64,000 nt of DNA from Patescibacteria group bacterium (GTDB lineage: Bacteria; Patescibacteriota; Patescibacteriia; UBA9934), in NCBI GenBank assembly GCA_041659765.1, contig JBAZXR010000001.1, forward strand, positions 467,338 through 531,337. The letters are read 5' to 3'. Positions 28,455-39,085 of the stretch are shown in pieces. The first letter of the stretch is position 1, and every line of letters begins with the position of its first letter. The position numbers were made by a program, and so were the translations under genes. The notes under the pieces are model-generated. The model did not search any database and was not told the DNA's origin. It was given only the letters and a program-made list of their open reading frames with translations.

Positions 28455-28949
28455 GTGGGCAATATGGGAAATATCTTCTTTCTACTCTTGGCTTTTATTG
28501 GTGTCATCAACACTACATACCTCATCATCAAACGAAGAAAGGGAAAGGCGCCTATATGTCCCCTCAGAGGGGATTGTGCGATGGTCCTCAATAGCAAATA
28601 CACCAAGACTTTTGGAATACACAATGATGTCATCGGGCTCGCCTATTTCATAGCCGTTCTCCTGACCCCGGTCGTCGTTCTCGCGACACTCATATACGGA
28701 TCAGACGAAACGTTCGCCCTAGGTATCACAACGCTGACGCTGCTCATAGGAACATTCGTAGCCATACACGTCGGAACCTTTCTTGCGACGGTCATGACCA
28801 TCCGGCTCCTCTACGTGCAATTCTTTATCATCAAAAAGATGTGTTTCTGGTGTCTCATCTCTTCCTTCTGCGTACTCGGAATGACTGCCATGCTCATGCC
28901 GTCGCTCGTTACTGATATCTCAAATTTCCTATCTGCGAGCGCTGGTTAG
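28455..28949 (+). CDS. Vitamin K epoxide reductase (VKOR)-family thiol-disulfide oxidoreductase
   Basis: Four TM helices, loop Cys pair CPLRGDC and TM4 CFWC (CXXC). Confidence 0.65.
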   Translation: MGNMGNIFFLLLAFIGVINTTYLIIKRRKGKAPICPLRGDCAMVLNSKYTKTFGIHNDVIGLAYFIAVLLTPVVVLATLIYGSDETFALGITTLTLLIGTFVAIHVGTFLATVMTIRLLYVQFFIIKKMCFWCLISSFCVLGMTAMLMPSLVTDISNFLSASAG

Positions 28950-29077
28950 TTCTTGTGTTCAGGACTCTTTTCGCCCTCCTCATGACTCTCCGCATGCTAT
29001 TTCTCCAGTTTTTTGTCATTAAAAAGATGTGTTTTTGGTGCCTTTTGTCATTTGATATGTTCATCATTATTCACTAG
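28946..29077 (+). pseudogene. Duplicated 3' fragment of the VKOR gene (out of frame, non-functional remnant)
   Basis: Frame +2 reads LVLVFRTLFALLMTLRMLFLQFFVIKKMCFWCLLSFDMFIIIH*, homologous to VKOR residues TFLATVMTIRLLYVQFFIIKKMCFWCLISSF; starts inside the VKOR stop codon with no start codon. Confidence 0.6.
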
Positions 29078-29131
29078 TATTACCGGTTCACGTTTCACGG
29101 AATGTTTCTTGCAATTCCCCCAAAACCTCCA

Positions 29132-29167
29132 CCCCGGAACCAACGTGGTTCCGGGTGTTTTTTTTTT
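29132..29167. terminator. Bidirectional intrinsic terminator between VKOR and uvrA
   Basis: cccggaacc-aacg-tggttccggg followed by tgtttttttttt; uvrA stop overlaps the T-run. Confidence 0.7.
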
Positions 29168-31697
29168 ACTTCAAGTATTTCTTCAGATACTGACCGGTGA
29201 AACTTTTTGGCTTGCGGGCGATGTCTTCCGGCGTACCAACAGCCACGACTGTCCCACCAAGGTCACCTCCTTCAGGACCCATGTCAATCAGCCAGTCAGC
29301 AGTTTTAATCACGTCGAGGTTATGTTCGATAACGACCATCGTATTCCCCTTATCGACTAAACGATGGAGTACTTCGAGCAACTGCTTCACATCGTCGAAG
29401 TGTAAACCCGTCGTCGGTTCATCGAGGAGGTAAAGCGTCTTCCCGGTTTGTCTGCGGGCGAGTTCGGAGGCAAGTTTTACGCGCTGAGCTTCGCCACCGG
29501 ATAAAGTAGTCGCACTCTGGCCGATTTTAATATAGCTCAAGCCGACCTCGTTCAAGGCTTTTAGCTTCGTGTCGACATCCGGAATATCCTTAAAGAACTT
29601 CGCCCCCTCTTCGACCGTCATTTCTAGCACGTCCGAGATGTTTTTATCCTTGAAAGTTACTTCGAGCGTTTCACGGTTAAAGCGCTTGCCCTTACACACT
29701 TCACAGGTCACATAGACAGTCGGCAGGAAGTGCATTTCAATTTCGATTAACCCATGTCCTTCGCAATGCTCGCAACGACCGCCGGGTACGTTGAAGCTAA
29801 AGCGACCGGGCTTGTAACCGCGGAATCTTGCCTCCTCAGTCGACGCAAACAAATCGCGAATCGGTCCCCACGCCCCCGTGTACGTCGCAGGGTTCGAACG
29901 AGGCGTACGGCCAATGGCGCCTTGGTCGATCAAAATAGCCTTGTCGATATATTCCACGCCTAGCACGGCCGTCGCTTTCCCGCCCTTATCTTTTCCGCCG
30001 TTTAATTTGTGATTAATAGTTTGATACATCACGTCATGCGCCAAGGTCGATTTGCCCGAACCCGAAACGCCGGTGACGCACACAAATTTACGCAACGGGA
30101 AATCAACATCTACATTCTTCAAGTTATTTTCGACGGCTCCACGAACCTTAATTACGCCGTGTTCTTTCGTTCGTCGTTCTGCGGGAACAGGAATCTTCAA
30201 GTCGCCACGCAGATACCCCGCCGTTCTTGATTTCTTGTCTTTGAAAATCTCGGGCGTGGTACCAATAGCGACCACCTCTCCCCCATGAACGCCGGCTCCG
30301 GGACCAATCTCGACCATGAAGTCACAGGCACGAATAGTGTCCTCGTCATGTTCAACGACGAGCACGGTATTTCCGATATCACGCAAGTTTTCAAGTGTCT
30401 TAATTAGACGCTCGTTATCTCTTTGATGCAGGCCGATGGTTGGCTCGTCGAGCACATACATCGCGCCGACCAATTTCGATCCAATCTGCGATGCAAGACG
30501 AATACGCTGTGCTTCGCCACCGGACAATGTGCCGGCCGTACGGTTGAGCGTCAGATAATGGAGGCCGACATCTAACATGAAGCTCATGCGGTTTTCGATT
30601 TCCTTCAAAATGGTCGCCGCAATTACTTGCTCACGCTCGGTCAGTTTCAATTCGAGGAAGAATTGGATGGCTCCGTCAACTGAAAGATTCGTCACGTCGA
30701 CGATCGATTTACCGCCAACGTAAACGTGCAACGCTTCTTCGCGCAGACGTTTGCCGTGACAGGTCAGACACGGCTCGTCGGAGAATAACTCGACGGTTCC
30801 CAAGCCTGAACACGCCGGACACGCGCCATACGGCGAGTTGAACGAAAACAAACGAGGTTCGATCTCGGGGAATGAGAAACCGTCATCAGGACAGCTGAAT
30901 TTACTTGAAAGCAATCGATCTCCGTTCGGTGTAAGCACCTGAACTAGGCTCTGACCGCGATCAACAGCCTGCTCGAGTGCATCGCTCAAACGCTGGCGTG
31001 CGTCAGGAAGTGCGCTCGCCGGAATAGTGTCGATCACGACTTCGATTGTATGTTGCTGATACCGCGAGAGTTCGATCTTCTCGCTCAAGCGGTGCATCTT
31101 GCCGTCGATTCTAACTTTCGCAAAACCAGAATTATAAAGATCGTAGAGCAACTGGTAGTACTCGCCCTTGCGACCGCGGACGACTGGGGCAAGAATGACG
31201 ACCTCGCGGTCGTATTTGCCCTCACCCCTACCCTCTCCCCTACGGGGAGAGGGAGAAGCGACCATTAGATCCTTCAGAACGATGTCGACCATTTCGTCGA
31301 TCGTCAGTTTTTCGATCTTACGACCACACTTAACACAGTGTGGTTCGCCGACGCGGGCGTACAAGACACGCAGGTAGTCGTAAATCTCGGTAATGGTGGC
31401 GATCGTACTCCGAGGATTCCGTGAGTGCGCTTTCTGGTCAATGGAAATCGCGGGCGAGAGACCCTCGATTTCATCTACATCTGGCTTCTGCATGCCGCCC
31501 AAAAACTGGCGAGCATACGCCGAGAGAGATTCCACATACCGGCGCTGACCTTCAGCAAAAATGGTGTCAAAAGCCAGGCTGGATTTGCCCGAACCAGAAA
31601 GGCCCGTAAAACATACGAGCTTGTTTCTGGGGATCTCAAGCGAGATATTTTTCAGGTTATGTTCCCGGGCACCTTTGATTTTTATCTTGTCTTGCAT
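29166..31697 (-). CDS. uvrA: Excinuclease ABC subunit A
   Basis: Start at [40 protein letters not shown] (compare E. coli UvrA N-terminus); two ABC modules, zinc fingers. Track start 31754 is an extension. Confidence 0.9.
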   Translation of the reverse strand: MQDKIKIKGAREHNLKNISLEIPRNKLVCFTGLSGSGKSSLAFDTIFAEGQRRYVESLSAYARQFLGGMQKPDVDEIEGLSPAISIDQKAHSRNPRSTIATITEIYDYLRVLYARVGEPHCVKCGRKIEKLTIDEMVDIVLKDLMVASPSPRRGEGRGEGKYDREVVILAPVVRGRKGEYYQLLYDLYNSGFAKVRIDGKMHRLSEKIELSRYQQHTIEVVIDTIPASALPDARQRLSDALEQAVDRGQSLVQVLTPNGDRLLSSKFSCPDDGFSFPEIEPRLFSFNSPYGACPACSGLGTVELFSDEPCLTCHGKRLREEALHVYVGGKSIVDVTNLSVDGAIQFFLELKLTEREQVIAATILKEIENRMSFMLDVGLHYLTLNRTAGTLSGGEAQRIRLASQIGSKLVGAMYVLDEPTIGLHQRDNERLIKTLENLRDIGNTVLVVEHDEDTIRACDFMVEIGPGAGVHGGEVVAIGTTPEIFKDKKSRTAGYLRGDLKIPVPAERRTKEHGVIKVRGAVENNLKNVDVDFPLRKFVCVTGVSGSGKSTLAHDVMYQTINHKLNGGKDKGGKATAVLGVEYIDKAILIDQGAIGRTPRSNPATYTGAWGPIRDLFASTEEARFRGYKPGRFSFNVPGGRCEHCEGHGLIEIEMHFLPTVYVTCEVCKGKRFNRETLEVTFKDKNISDVLEMTVEEGAKFFKDIPDVDTKLKALNEVGLSYIKIGQSATTLSGGEAQRVKLASELARRQTGKTLYLLDEPTTGLHFDDVKQLLEVLHRLVDKGNTMVVIEHNLDVIKTADWLIDMGPEGGDLGGTVVAVGTPEDIARKPKSFTGQYLKKYLK
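31231..31253. repeat. Perfect 10-bp inverted repeat inside uvrA coding sequence
   Basis: ccctctcccc-tac-ggggagaggg; encodes the low-complexity insert [13 protein letters not shown] in UvrA. Confidence 0.6.
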
Positions 31698-31702
31698 ATA
31701 GA
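31675..31702 (+). promoter_or_regulatory. Promoter TTGATT-N16-TATAGA for ORF 31733
   Basis: ttgatttttatcttgtcttgcatataga, then AGGAGG 5 nt before ATG; overlaps the uvrA start region on the other strand. Confidence 0.4.
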
Positions 31703-31732
31703 ATAGAGACGCACACATACTTAGGAGGCAAC

Positions 31733-32116
31733 ATGGGCGGCGGAGGACTAACAAGCGTCTACGGTGAACCGATTACAGAACCCGAGGACTCACTCCCGCG
31801 AGATCTCTCGACCGTGACCGAGACGGCCGACCCGGGTGGCGACTTTGTGGGCCGGGCAGAGGCGCCGGCACACAAGTCCTACGGGCCGTGGTGGGAGCAG
31901 CTCAAGCCGCACAGAAACGCGATCAAGAAGCCGCGGCACCAAGAGGAGTTTGACGAACTCATGACCATCTGCGTCAAGTCAGAAGAACCAGGCATGGGTA
32001 GTCTGCGCGGTGCGTGCGTCCGCCAGCTGCGTATCTTCTACGCTAAATATCTGCACGACGAACAGGCCAATCTGGAATCTACCCTCAGCGAACTTCCGGA
32101 AAGCCTCACGGCGTGA
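31733..32116 (+). CDS. Hypothetical soluble protein (127 aa; GC3-rich atypical composition)
   Basis: Fills the 350-bp gap between uvrA and uvrB on the opposite strand; AGGAGGcaacATG; hairpin + T7 follows at about 32120-32162, inside the uvrB 3' end. Confidence 0.55.
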   Translation: MGGGGLTSVYGEPITEPEDSLPRDLSTVTETADPGGDFVGRAEAPAHKSYGPWWEQLKPHRNAIKKPRHQEEFDELMTICVKSEEPGMGSLRGACVRQLRIFYAKYLHDEQANLESTLSELPESLTA

Positions 32117-34163
32117 CCTTCTTCCGAGCTCCCCGGTTCTTACCGCGGGGGCTCGTACTTTTTTTAGCAGCTAATTCTTTTTCTAACTCGACTAGTTCGT
32201 CACGTAACAACGCAGCTGTTTCAAAGAGCAAATTCTCGGCCGCCCGTTTCATGTCATCTTTCTTGTCCCGGATAGCTTCTTCGAGTTCTTCTGGGCTAGC
32301 CGTCATTTCAATCTTCAGAATCTTCTTCACCTTTTCTTCATCGATTCCATCCGCGCCGAGCATCTTTCTGATATCGCCGATTTTTTTCTCGATGCTCTTC
32401 GGCGTAATGCCGTGGTCAGCGTTGTACTTGAGCTGAATCTTTCGACGTCTATCTGTTTCAGCGAGTGCTCGATTGAGTGAGCCGGTCATGTGATCGGCAT
32501 AGAGCAGGACAAGTCCGTTCACGTTACGAGCCGCACGACCGATTGTTTGAATGAGCGACGTTTCGCTACGCAGGAACCCTTCTTTGTCCGCGTCGAGAAT
32601 ACCGATCAGCGACACCTCCGGCAGGTCGAGTCCTTCACGCAACAAGTTCACGCCAACCAACACGTCATACACGCCTTTACGCAAGTCCGACAAAATGGTG
32701 ATGCGTTCGAGTGTTTCGATGTCGGAGTGGAGATAGGCGACGTTCATGCCATCCTCCTTCAAATAACCCGCCAGGTCCTCGGCCATCTTTTTGGTTAACG
32801 TCGTAATCAACGCTCGTTCACCCTCCGCGACTCGCACTTTGATGCGCGCCATGATGTCTTTCACCTGTCCGGGATAGTCGTCAGTGGCGGTTACCGGCAA
32901 AATAATGGTCTGCGGATCAACGAGTCCAGTAGGACGAATGATCTGTTCGACAATGGCGTTTGACGTCTCGCGTTCGTACGGGCCAGGCGTGGCGGACACA
33001 TAAAGGGTCTGTCCCGTGCGCTCAATAAATTCATCAAACTTCAGTGGGCGGTTGTCCTTAGCGCTCGGCAAGCGGAAGCCGTGATCGACGAGCGTTTGTT
33101 TACGCGCTTGGTCACCGGCGAACATGCCGCCAATCTGCGGCAGCGTGACGTGGGATTCATCAATGATGGTCAGAAAGTCTTTCGGGAAGTACGAGATTAG
33201 ACTCGACGGCGGTTCGCCCACAGTGCGACCGTCAAAGTGACGCGAATAGTTTTCAATGCCGTTACAGTATCCAATATTTTTGATCATCTCCAAATCATAC
33301 TTTGTCCGGCGCGACAAACGCTCATACTCAAGTACTTTTCCTTCAGCGTCGAGTTCTTTCAGGCGTTCGGCGAGTTCATGCTCGATGGCCCGGTACGCTC
33401 GCTCTCGCTCATCGAGTGAAGCCATGAAGTGTTTGGCGGGAAAAATCCAAGTGTCTTTCAGCTTCTCGTCGATCTCTCGCGTAATGTGATTTAATCTAAA
33501 AATTTCCGCAATCTTAGAACCGTCGAAAACTATTCTGAACAAGATTTCCTCGTTCACCGGCATGATTTCCACCACATCGCCGCGCGCACGGAAATGGCCT
33601 CGCGTGAGGTCAGTGTTAGTGCGTGTGAACTGCATATCAATCAGCTTGCGCATCATCTCGTCGCGCTCAACTATGTCACCCTCGATCAAATGCAATACTT
33701 CTTTCTCATATGCTTCCGGCGAACCTAAACCATAAATGCAGGACACCGAAGCGACGATGATTACATCGCGTCGGGTCAAGAGCGCCGAGGTAGCTGCGTG
33801 CCGTAGACGATCAATCTCCTCGTTAATCGTCGCTTCTTTTTCAATGTAGGTATCCGTCCGCGGCATGTACGCCTCTGGCTGGTAGTAATCGTAATACGAA
33901 ACAAAATACTCAACAGCGTTGTTTGGAAAAAACTCTCTAAACTCCTGACACAACTGCGCGGCCAACGTCTTGTTATGGGCAATGACGAGCGTAGGGCGCT
34001 GAACATTCTGAATCACGTTCGCCATGGTGAACGTTTTGCCGGAACCCGTAACTCCAAGAAGAGTCTGTCTATCCAGACCTTTATTGAGTCCGTCGGTCAA
34101 CAACTCAATCGCCTTTGGCTGATCTCCGGCTGGTTTGTACTCAGATTTAAGATCGAACTTCAT
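32106..34163 (-). CDS. uvrB: Excinuclease ABC subunit B
   Basis: Start at [22 protein letters not shown] (compare E. coli [21 protein letters not shown]); helicase motifs [12 protein letters not shown]; C-terminal UvrB/UvrC interaction helix. Track start 34322 is an extension. Confidence 0.9.
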   Translation of the reverse strand: MKFDLKSEYKPAGDQPKAIELLTDGLNKGLDRQTLLGVTGSGKTFTMANVIQNVQRPTLVIAHNKTLAAQLCQEFREFFPNNAVEYFVSYYDYYQPEAYMPRTDTYIEKEATINEEIDRLRHAATSALLTRRDVIIVASVSCIYGLGSPEAYEKEVLHLIEGDIVERDEMMRKLIDMQFTRTNTDLTRGHFRARGDVVEIMPVNEEILFRIVFDGSKIAEIFRLNHITREIDEKLKDTWIFPAKHFMASLDERERAYRAIEHELAERLKELDAEGKVLEYERLSRRTKYDLEMIKNIGYCNGIENYSRHFDGRTVGEPPSSLISYFPKDFLTIIDESHVTLPQIGGMFAGDQARKQTLVDHGFRLPSAKDNRPLKFDEFIERTGQTLYVSATPGPYERETSNAIVEQIIRPTGLVDPQTIILPVTATDDYPGQVKDIMARIKVRVAEGERALITTLTKKMAEDLAGYLKEDGMNVAYLHSDIETLERITILSDLRKGVYDVLVGVNLLREGLDLPEVSLIGILDADKEGFLRSETSLIQTIGRAARNVNGLVLLYADHMTGSLNRALAETDRRRKIQLKYNADHGITPKSIEKKIGDIRKMLGADGIDEEKVKKILKIEMTASPEELEEAIRDKKDDMKRAAENLLFETAALLRDELVELEKELAAKKSTSPRGKNRGARKKVTP

Positions 34164-34277
34164 ATGAATAGACAAAGGCCCCAAGAGCCGGGGCTCTAGG
34201 GGTATGTTCGTATTTTGTACGGTTACAATAACATGGCTCTTTTCTGGTGTCGAGAGTTGTCCACAAATTCGTTGAAT

Positions 34278-34312
34278 AAAAAAAACGGCTCTTCCCGGGT
34301 GGGCAGAAGCCG
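34278..34312 (-). terminator. Intrinsic terminator after gene 34334..35023
   Basis: Minus strand acggcttctgcccacccgggaagagccg followed by tttttttt, 22 nt after stop. Confidence 0.55.
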
Positions 34313-34333
34313 TCACTGGCACAGAACTCCCAG

Positions 34334-35023
34334 CTAACTGTCCGCCACCCGCTCCTTCAGGTACTTCCGGAATATCGCCGAAACCTCTCGTCGCTCCCGC
34401 GGAGCGAGCAGGGGCAGAAAATCTCGGGGAGCATATTCCTTCTCTCGTTCGACTGACCCGAGGAAAAGAATCTGGTAGCTAAGGTCGGACGTTCCATTCT
34501 TTGGAACGGTCACCGCGTAATCACCGATCCCGCGGATCCGTAGAATGCGAACCGTCTTTGATTCATCGTCGCCGAGAGCGAGATGTAGGCCGTTCGCCAT
34601 ACCCACCTCCTCTTCAGGAGCGAACTGTACCTTGAGGGTGCCGTGATTGGACACAGTTTTCTGTATTTTCAGACCACGCTCCTGGCTAGCGCGCAGCAGA
34701 TCGGCATAGGTAATGAGCTGCTTCCCGTAGGCCGATACCCGCTTGCCCACAACGTGAACCAGGGCAATAAGCACCACCACGCCCAGAACACCAGTGCAGG
34801 CCACCAAGAAGGTCCGAAAGGCATACGGCGCCGAATAGACCTGCCAGAACACCAAGATATCGCCGACGAGCACGATCAAGAAAATAGCAACGAAGCTCAA
34901 CAGGGAAAGCGCGGCAAAGATCACCGCTTCAGTCCATGACGGAACACGAATGTCGTATTTTGACTTCTTCACGTTTCCTCCAAAAGGCCTGCTTATATTA
35001 GCGAAAAAAATAAGAATTGTCAA
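34334..35023 (-). CDS. Membrane protein with two TM helices and C-terminal soluble domain (possibly bacterial PH-domain / DUF304-like)
   Basis: TMs [28 protein letters not shown] and [21 protein letters not shown]; family call is weak. Confidence 0.45.
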   Translation of the reverse strand: MTILIFFANISRPFGGNVKKSKYDIRVPSWTEAVIFAALSLLSFVAIFLIVLVGDILVFWQVYSAPYAFRTFLVACTGVLGVVVLIALVHVVGKRVSAYGKQLITYADLLRASQERGLKIQKTVSNHGTLKVQFAPEEEVGMANGLHLALGDDESKTVRILRIRGIGDYAVTVPKNGTSDLSYQILFLGSVEREKEYAPRDFLPLLAPRERREVSAIFRKYLKERVADS

Positions 35024-35102
35024 GCGATGAGCTCAAGGTTTAAAGCCTCACCCAACATCTGCCGGGGGTTCGGTAAATTACTAGGATTAATGGGGTTTTC
35101 GT

Positions 35103-35132
35103 TTGACAAAACTGAAAAAATATGGCTAAATA
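35103..35132 (+). promoter_or_regulatory. Promoter TTGACA-N18-TAAATA for ORF 35168
   Basis: ttgacaaaactgaaaaaatatggctaaata; resembles the 26602 promoter (AAACT..GAAA.ATATG.CTA.A.AAATA). Confidence 0.45.
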
Positions 35133-35167
35133 TGGCCACGTTTTTTGGATCAACTCGGAGGTACTCC

Positions 35168-35662
35168 ATGGAAATGACCGATGCGCTCGCCGCAGTCTTT
35201 GACCCGCATTACTCAAACCCCCGGCTGCAGGCGCTCCGCGACCTCATGCGGGATCCGGCGTGGGCGGCGATCATCACGGATCACGAAGTGACCCGGATCA
35301 CCGGAAACCCCAAGGACTACGTGGAAGTGACCATCCTGACCGCGAGCGTGCTCCTCAAGTCCCCCATGGCGGGCGTGGCGCTCGAGCGACTGCAGGAATA
35401 CCTGACGTCGTCCACGACATTTAACCAATCGATGGTCAGGCTCCGAGTGATCACAGTTGCCGGCGACACCCTTTGCTTGCGCAGGAACTTCATACGTGAG
35501 CTCAGTGAACTCATTGACGTACTCGAAAAAACGCTCGTAAGCGTCGCCCTGAGCTGGCCTCGGGAGAATGAGAAAGACGCTGAAACCATCCTCGACGGCC
35601 GTGCACTCGACGCCTTCCGCAGGCGGTGCATCAAGGAAGGTCTCGAGAGCGTAGGCGCGTAA
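35168..35662 (+). CDS. Hypothetical protein (164 aa; GC3-rich atypical composition)
   Basis: Start at MEMTDALAAVFDPHYSNPRLQALRD with GGAGGtactccATG; track ORF 35027 is an extension. Own promoter and terminator. Confidence 0.55.
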   Translation: MEMTDALAAVFDPHYSNPRLQALRDLMRDPAWAAIITDHEVTRITGNPKDYVEVTILTASVLLKSPMAGVALERLQEYLTSSTTFNQSMVRLRVITVAGDTLCLRRNFIRELSELIDVLEKTLVSVALSWPRENEKDAETILDGRALDAFRRRCIKEGLESVGA

Positions 35663-35685
35663 CGCCCAGAGGGCCCGTACCCAGT

Positions 35686-35724
35686 ATCCCCGCTTACCGT
35701 AAAAAGTAAGACGGGGATTCTTTT
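35686..35724. terminator. Intrinsic terminator (atccccgcttac-cgtaaaaa-gtaagacggggat + ttctttt)
   Basis: Follows stop of ORF 35168; overlaps the NMNAT gene stop on the other strand. Confidence 0.55.
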
Positions 35725-36214
35725 AACCGTTGGTCTTAGCAATTACCATTTCGACAACATCCATAGCACCCGCTGGAACCTTCTTGCGCCAGTCGTGATT
35801 TTTTGAAGCGATCATCTTGCGGATGTCCTCGCCCACAATCCCGGGAACAGGGACAATTTTCTTAGTGGCGATCTTTTTGTTCTCGAAAATTTTACGCACA
35901 TTCTCGTCGCCGCTCCAGACAATTGCGTCGCTTGGGTTTCCGGCAGCATCAAGAACGTGATGCGCCCATGACTCATCTGACTCCGTGTCTTTCACCGCCA
36001 CAATAGTCGCGTCCATGATGTCAGCCGACAATAACGCAGCGCTAATCATCTCGCGGCGTTCATCAAGTGAAAATGGATCTTCGGCACTTCTTGGGTCTTT
36101 GGCTTCGCAAATAACAATGGTCGCGTTGCCGCAGGCCTTCATCATGCCCTGGACCACCATGAGATGGCCGTTATGAAAAGGCTGAAACCGACCGGGAAAG
36201 ATACAGATGTCCAT
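35723..36214 (-). CDS. Nicotinamide-nucleotide adenylyltransferase (archaeal/NadM-type cytidylyltransferase fold)
   Basis: GRFQPFHNGH (HxGH) nucleotidyltransferase motif near N-terminus, size 163 aa. Confidence 0.65.
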   Translation of the reverse strand: MDICIFPGRFQPFHNGHLMVVQGMMKACGNATIVICEAKDPRSAEDPFSLDERREMISAALLSADIMDATIVAVKDTESDESWAHHVLDAAGNPSDAIVWSGDENVRKIFENKKIATKKIVPVPGIVGEDIRKMIASKNHDWRKKVPAGAMDVVEMVIAKTNG

Positions 36215-36237
36215 AAGAAAAGGTGTTAGGTGGTAGG

Positions 36238-37014
36238 TTATGGGTTGCCTGACAATAATTCTTGCAGAACAGCCGGTGGCACGTCAATCTCAGAAATCTC
36301 ATTCGTCCACTGAGAATCTTGAGCCAAGTCTTCAAGATGTGAAATCTCGTGGGCATCTTGTCCGGCGATAGTAGACATGATCGTATCAACGGCAACTGGA
36401 TCCAGACTGGCTAGAAAACCTTGCCCAGACAGAATACCATCACGCAATGAAGCGTGGCAGGGGTATGAGCGGAAAAGAAAGGCCAGTAAACGTTCTCGCT
36501 CAAGCAGTGATAACGCCTCAATGAATGGCCCCTTGCTCCAGCTTCTGCCCTGTGAGGTTTCGCGTGACGGGACTACCCAAGTACCGAGCCCCCAATCAGC
36601 CACGCTCCCGAGAGCCATTCTAAACGGTGCTTGAACTGCCGTCTTGGCTCGACGTATATGGAGCCCTCCCCCATCAGCTCGCACAAAATCCTGCTCGACA
36701 ACCTCATCTTTGGTTAAATCTAATAAATGCACGTTCGAATATAAGTTAGGTATCTCCTCAAGTCCGGCTGCTTGGAAGGCCTTCATAGCGCCCCTCTCTG
36801 GCGCATCACCAATGACTACCGGGGCATTCGTATAAAGGCGTAGAACGTCGAGTGTGCCCCTTAAACTCTCAAGTACGTCTCTTGAGACATCCACATACAC
36901 AAAAACATAACTGGCGTCCTTCAGTTTTCGCAAAAACTCATGCCCCAAATCATCCACTGCCTTCCGGGCAGCTCGACGTTTATCCTCCCCCTCAGTGAAC
37001 GCTACGTGAACCAT
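36238..37014 (-). CDS. Hypothetical protein
   Basis: Start taken at MVHVAFTEGEDKRRAARKAVDDLG; the track extension to 37056 would run over the tRNA terminator hairpin. Confidence 0.5.
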   Translation of the reverse strand: MVHVAFTEGEDKRRAARKAVDDLGHEFLRKLKDASYVFVYVDVSRDVLESLRGTLDVLRLYTNAPVVIGDAPERGAMKAFQAAGLEEIPNLYSNVHLLDLTKDEVVEQDFVRADGGGLHIRRAKTAVQAPFRMALGSVADWGLGTWVVPSRETSQGRSWSKGPFIEALSLLERERLLAFLFRSYPCHASLRDGILSGQGFLASLDPVAVDTIMSTIAGQDAHEISHLEDLAQDSQWTNEISEIDVPPAVLQELLSGNP

Positions 37015-37054
37015 AGTATGGGTATGGTACAACAAAAAAACACCGGTGCAGGAC

Positions 37055-37085
37055 AAAAAAATCCAACCTTGCGGTTGGATTTTTT
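37055..37085. terminator. Bidirectional terminator after tRNA-Gln
   Basis: aaaaaaa-atccaacc-ttgc-ggttggat-ttttt. Confidence 0.6.
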
Positions 37086-37159
37086 GGTTCGGGGACTTGG
37101 AATCGAACCAAGATTCATGGCTTCAAAGGCCACTGTCCTGCCGTTAGACGATCCCCGAG
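37085..37159 (-). tRNA. tRNA-Gln (anticodon TTG), CCA encoded
   Basis: rc: TCGGGGA TC GTCTAACGGCAGGAC A GTGGC CTTTGAA GCCAT GAAT CTTGG TTCGATT CCAAG TCCCCGA A CCA; 7-bp acceptor, T-loop TTCGATT, anticodon loop CUUUGAA. Confidence 0.85.
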
Positions 37160-37208
37160 TAGTTGAAAACTTGGGAAATCGTACTCTATCGCGCCGGAAA
37201 AATCAACC

Positions 37209-38120
37209 CTAGATCTTCAAATATTTTCGCATAGCCATGAAAGACGTGGCCATGCTTAAGAACGACAAGGTCAAGAACTCGAGCAAAAAGAGGATCGGCC
37301 CCTTGGAGTAGAAGAAACCTAACAGATTTAAATCCACGCCAGCAAAAAAAGCGTTAATGGCTGGCTGCCAAACTTTCAATAAGCCATACATCAGACCGGC
37401 GACTACCGCCGTGGCCACCAATGAGTAAACAACCCCCTCTATCAAAAATGGAGCGCGGATAAACCAATCATGCGCACCAACTAGCCGCATGACGGCTATT
37501 TCATCGCGATGCACATAAATAGCCACGCGAACCGTGTTAAAAACCATCAGGAGCGCGATCATAGCGAAGAAGCCGGCCACGATCAGTCCACCGTAACGCA
37601 CTTTATCACTGAGCGCGGTCAGAGACCGCACTACATCCTCATAGTCAGCCTGGCCGGTCTCCTCAATGTGCGGTGAGAACTCAGGAGTATTAACCGCTTG
37701 AAGAATAAACGGAATATCAGCCGGCGACCGAGAGCTTACCCTTAAAGTGTCGCCGAGCGGGTTAGAGCCGATTTCGTCGAGCGCGGCCAGAATATCGGCG
37801 TCACCGGCATGCTTGGCCTTGAAATCAATCAATGCTTCATCGGCCGGTACGGCGATGACTTGCTTGACCTGAGCCAGCCCGGTCAAATAACCGCGAATGG
37901 CCGCCTGAGTATCCTGGCTAGTGCCTTTTTTCAAATAAACGTCTACATGAACCCGGCTCTCTATTGAGCTAATAGTGGACTGACCCACTACGTTCATAAA
38001 CACAACAGCGTTCACGGTGATAAGTGTCAGGAGAAAAACGCTAGTCGTCACAAAGGACAACCAAAAGTTTCTAAAAATGCTCTGAAAAGCGAATTTAATG
38101 GTGCGCAGAATGGATCGCAT
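37209..38120 (-). CDS. ftsX: Cell division ABC transporter permease FtsX
   Basis: Start at MRSILRTIKFAF (TGA-T-ATG junction with ftsE); four TM helices, large periplasmic loop. Confidence 0.8.
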   Translation of the reverse strand: MRSILRTIKFAFQSIFRNFWLSFVTTSVFLLTLITVNAVVFMNVVGQSTISSIESRVHVDVYLKKGTSQDTQAAIRGYLTGLAQVKQVIAVPADEALIDFKAKHAGDADILAALDEIGSNPLGDTLRVSSRSPADIPFILQAVNTPEFSPHIEETGQADYEDVVRSLTALSDKVRYGGLIVAGFFAMIALLMVFNTVRVAIYVHRDEIAVMRLVGAHDWFIRAPFLIEGVVYSLVATAVVAGLMYGLLKVWQPAINAFFAGVDLNLLGFFYSKGPILFLLEFLTLSFLSMATSFMAMRKYLKI

Positions 38121-38121
38121 A

Positions 38122-38805
38122 TCAGACAATGTGATATTTACCGTGAGCAGCATCACCAGCAATCTTGCCCCGGTTGATACTAATCACTCGACGATTCAAA
38201 GCGTTAACAATGTCTCGATCATGAGTTACGAGAACGACAGTCGTGCCGAACTCATTAATCTTTTTTAAGAGCGATAAAATCTCCTGCGCCGTAATAGCGT
38301 CGAGATTTCCAGTCGGCTCATCGGCCAGCATGATCTTTGGCCGGTGAACCAGCGCCCGGGCAATTGAAACACGCTGCTGCTCGCCTCCCGAAAGTTCCTG
38401 CGGGAAGCGGTGGCCTTTTTCTCCCAGGCCGACAATCTTTAAAACATGCGGAACTACCTCGCGAATCCGAGCTCCTGGTGCGCCAGCGACTTCTAAAGCA
38501 AAGGCTACGTTCTCGTACGCGGTTTTCTGCTGTAATAATTTGAAATCCTGAAAAACCATCCCAATCTGCCGGCGCAGGCCCGGAACGTCTGCCCTGTGGA
38601 TATTTGTGATATCCCAATCACCAACCTTAACTACCCCCGCCGTTGGCCGTTCTTCGGCAAACAAAATCTTGGCGAGCGTAGACTTCCCGCTGCCAGAAAC
38701 GCCAACAACGGACACAAACTCCCCCGACCGAATATGAAGACTCACGCCATCCAAGGCGCGGATATCTGGCTTATAGACCTTAGAGATGTTTTCGAACGTG
38801 ATCAT
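38122..38805 (-). CDS. ftsE: Cell division ABC transporter ATP-binding protein FtsE
   Basis: Walker [13 protein letters not shown] signature LSGGEQQR, Walker B IMLADEPT. Confidence 0.9.
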   Translation of the reverse strand: MITFENISKVYKPDIRALDGVSLHIRSGEFVSVVGVSGSGKSTLAKILFAEERPTAGVVKVGDWDITNIHRADVPGLRRQIGMVFQDFKLLQQKTAYENVAFALEVAGAPGARIREVVPHVLKIVGLGEKGHRFPQELSGGEQQRVSIARALVHRPKIMLADEPTGNLDAITAQEILSLLKKINEFGTTVVLVTHDRDIVNALNRRVISINRGKIAGDAAHGKYHIV

Positions 38806-38891
38806 GTAGAACTAGTATAGCAGAGGCCAAAGCTGCGCAGGATGGGGCAGCTAGACGCATAAATAGGCCTATGCTAGTATTCTTCGCGATT

Positions 38892-38966
38892 GCAGGAGTA
38901 GTTCAGTGGTAGAACATTTGCTTCCCAAGCAAAGGGTCGCGGGTTCGAGTCCCGTCTCCTGCTCCA
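38892..38966 (+). tRNA. tRNA-Gly (anticodon CCC), CCA encoded
   Basis: GCAGGAG...TTTGC TTCCCAA GCAAA...GGTTCGAGTCC...CTCCTGC T CCA. Confidence 0.85.
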
Positions 38967-38970
38967 ATAC

Positions 38971-39046
38971 GCCGATTTAGCTCAGCTGGTAGAGCAATGC
39001 TTTCGTAAAGCAGAGGTCCCGAGTTCAAATCTCGGAATCGGCTCCA
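38971..39046 (+). tRNA. tRNA-Thr (anticodon CGT), CCA encoded
   Basis: GCCGATT TAGCTCAGCTGGTAGAGC...TGCT TTCGTAA AGCA...GAGTTCAAATCTC GGAATCGGC T CCA. Confidence 0.8.
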
Positions 39047-39049
39047 GGA

Positions 39050-39085
39050 AAAATCATTCCGCAAGGGATGGTTTTTCTTTTTACC
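39050..39085 (+). terminator. Intrinsic terminator after tRNA pair
   Basis: cattcc-gcaa-gggatg (GNRA loop, one G-U pair) followed by gtttttcttttt. Confidence 0.5.

Noticed and set aside
31698-31754. N-terminal extensions of uvrA (to 31754), uvrB (to 34322), murG (to 49870), pilB (12675), surface protein (6127), gene 36238 (to 37056), gene 35027, gene 47432
   Set aside because: Internal Met aligns with conserved N-termini of the families or follows a GGAGG SD; extensions overlap upstream genes, promoters or terminator hairpins.
32117-32162. Hairpin + T7 as a free-standing terminator feature
   Set aside because: It lies inside the uvrB C-terminal coding tail. Mentioned in findings as overlapping the convergent gene rather than listed separately, because the uvrB end (or a shorter true uvrB stop) cannot be settled from sequence alone.
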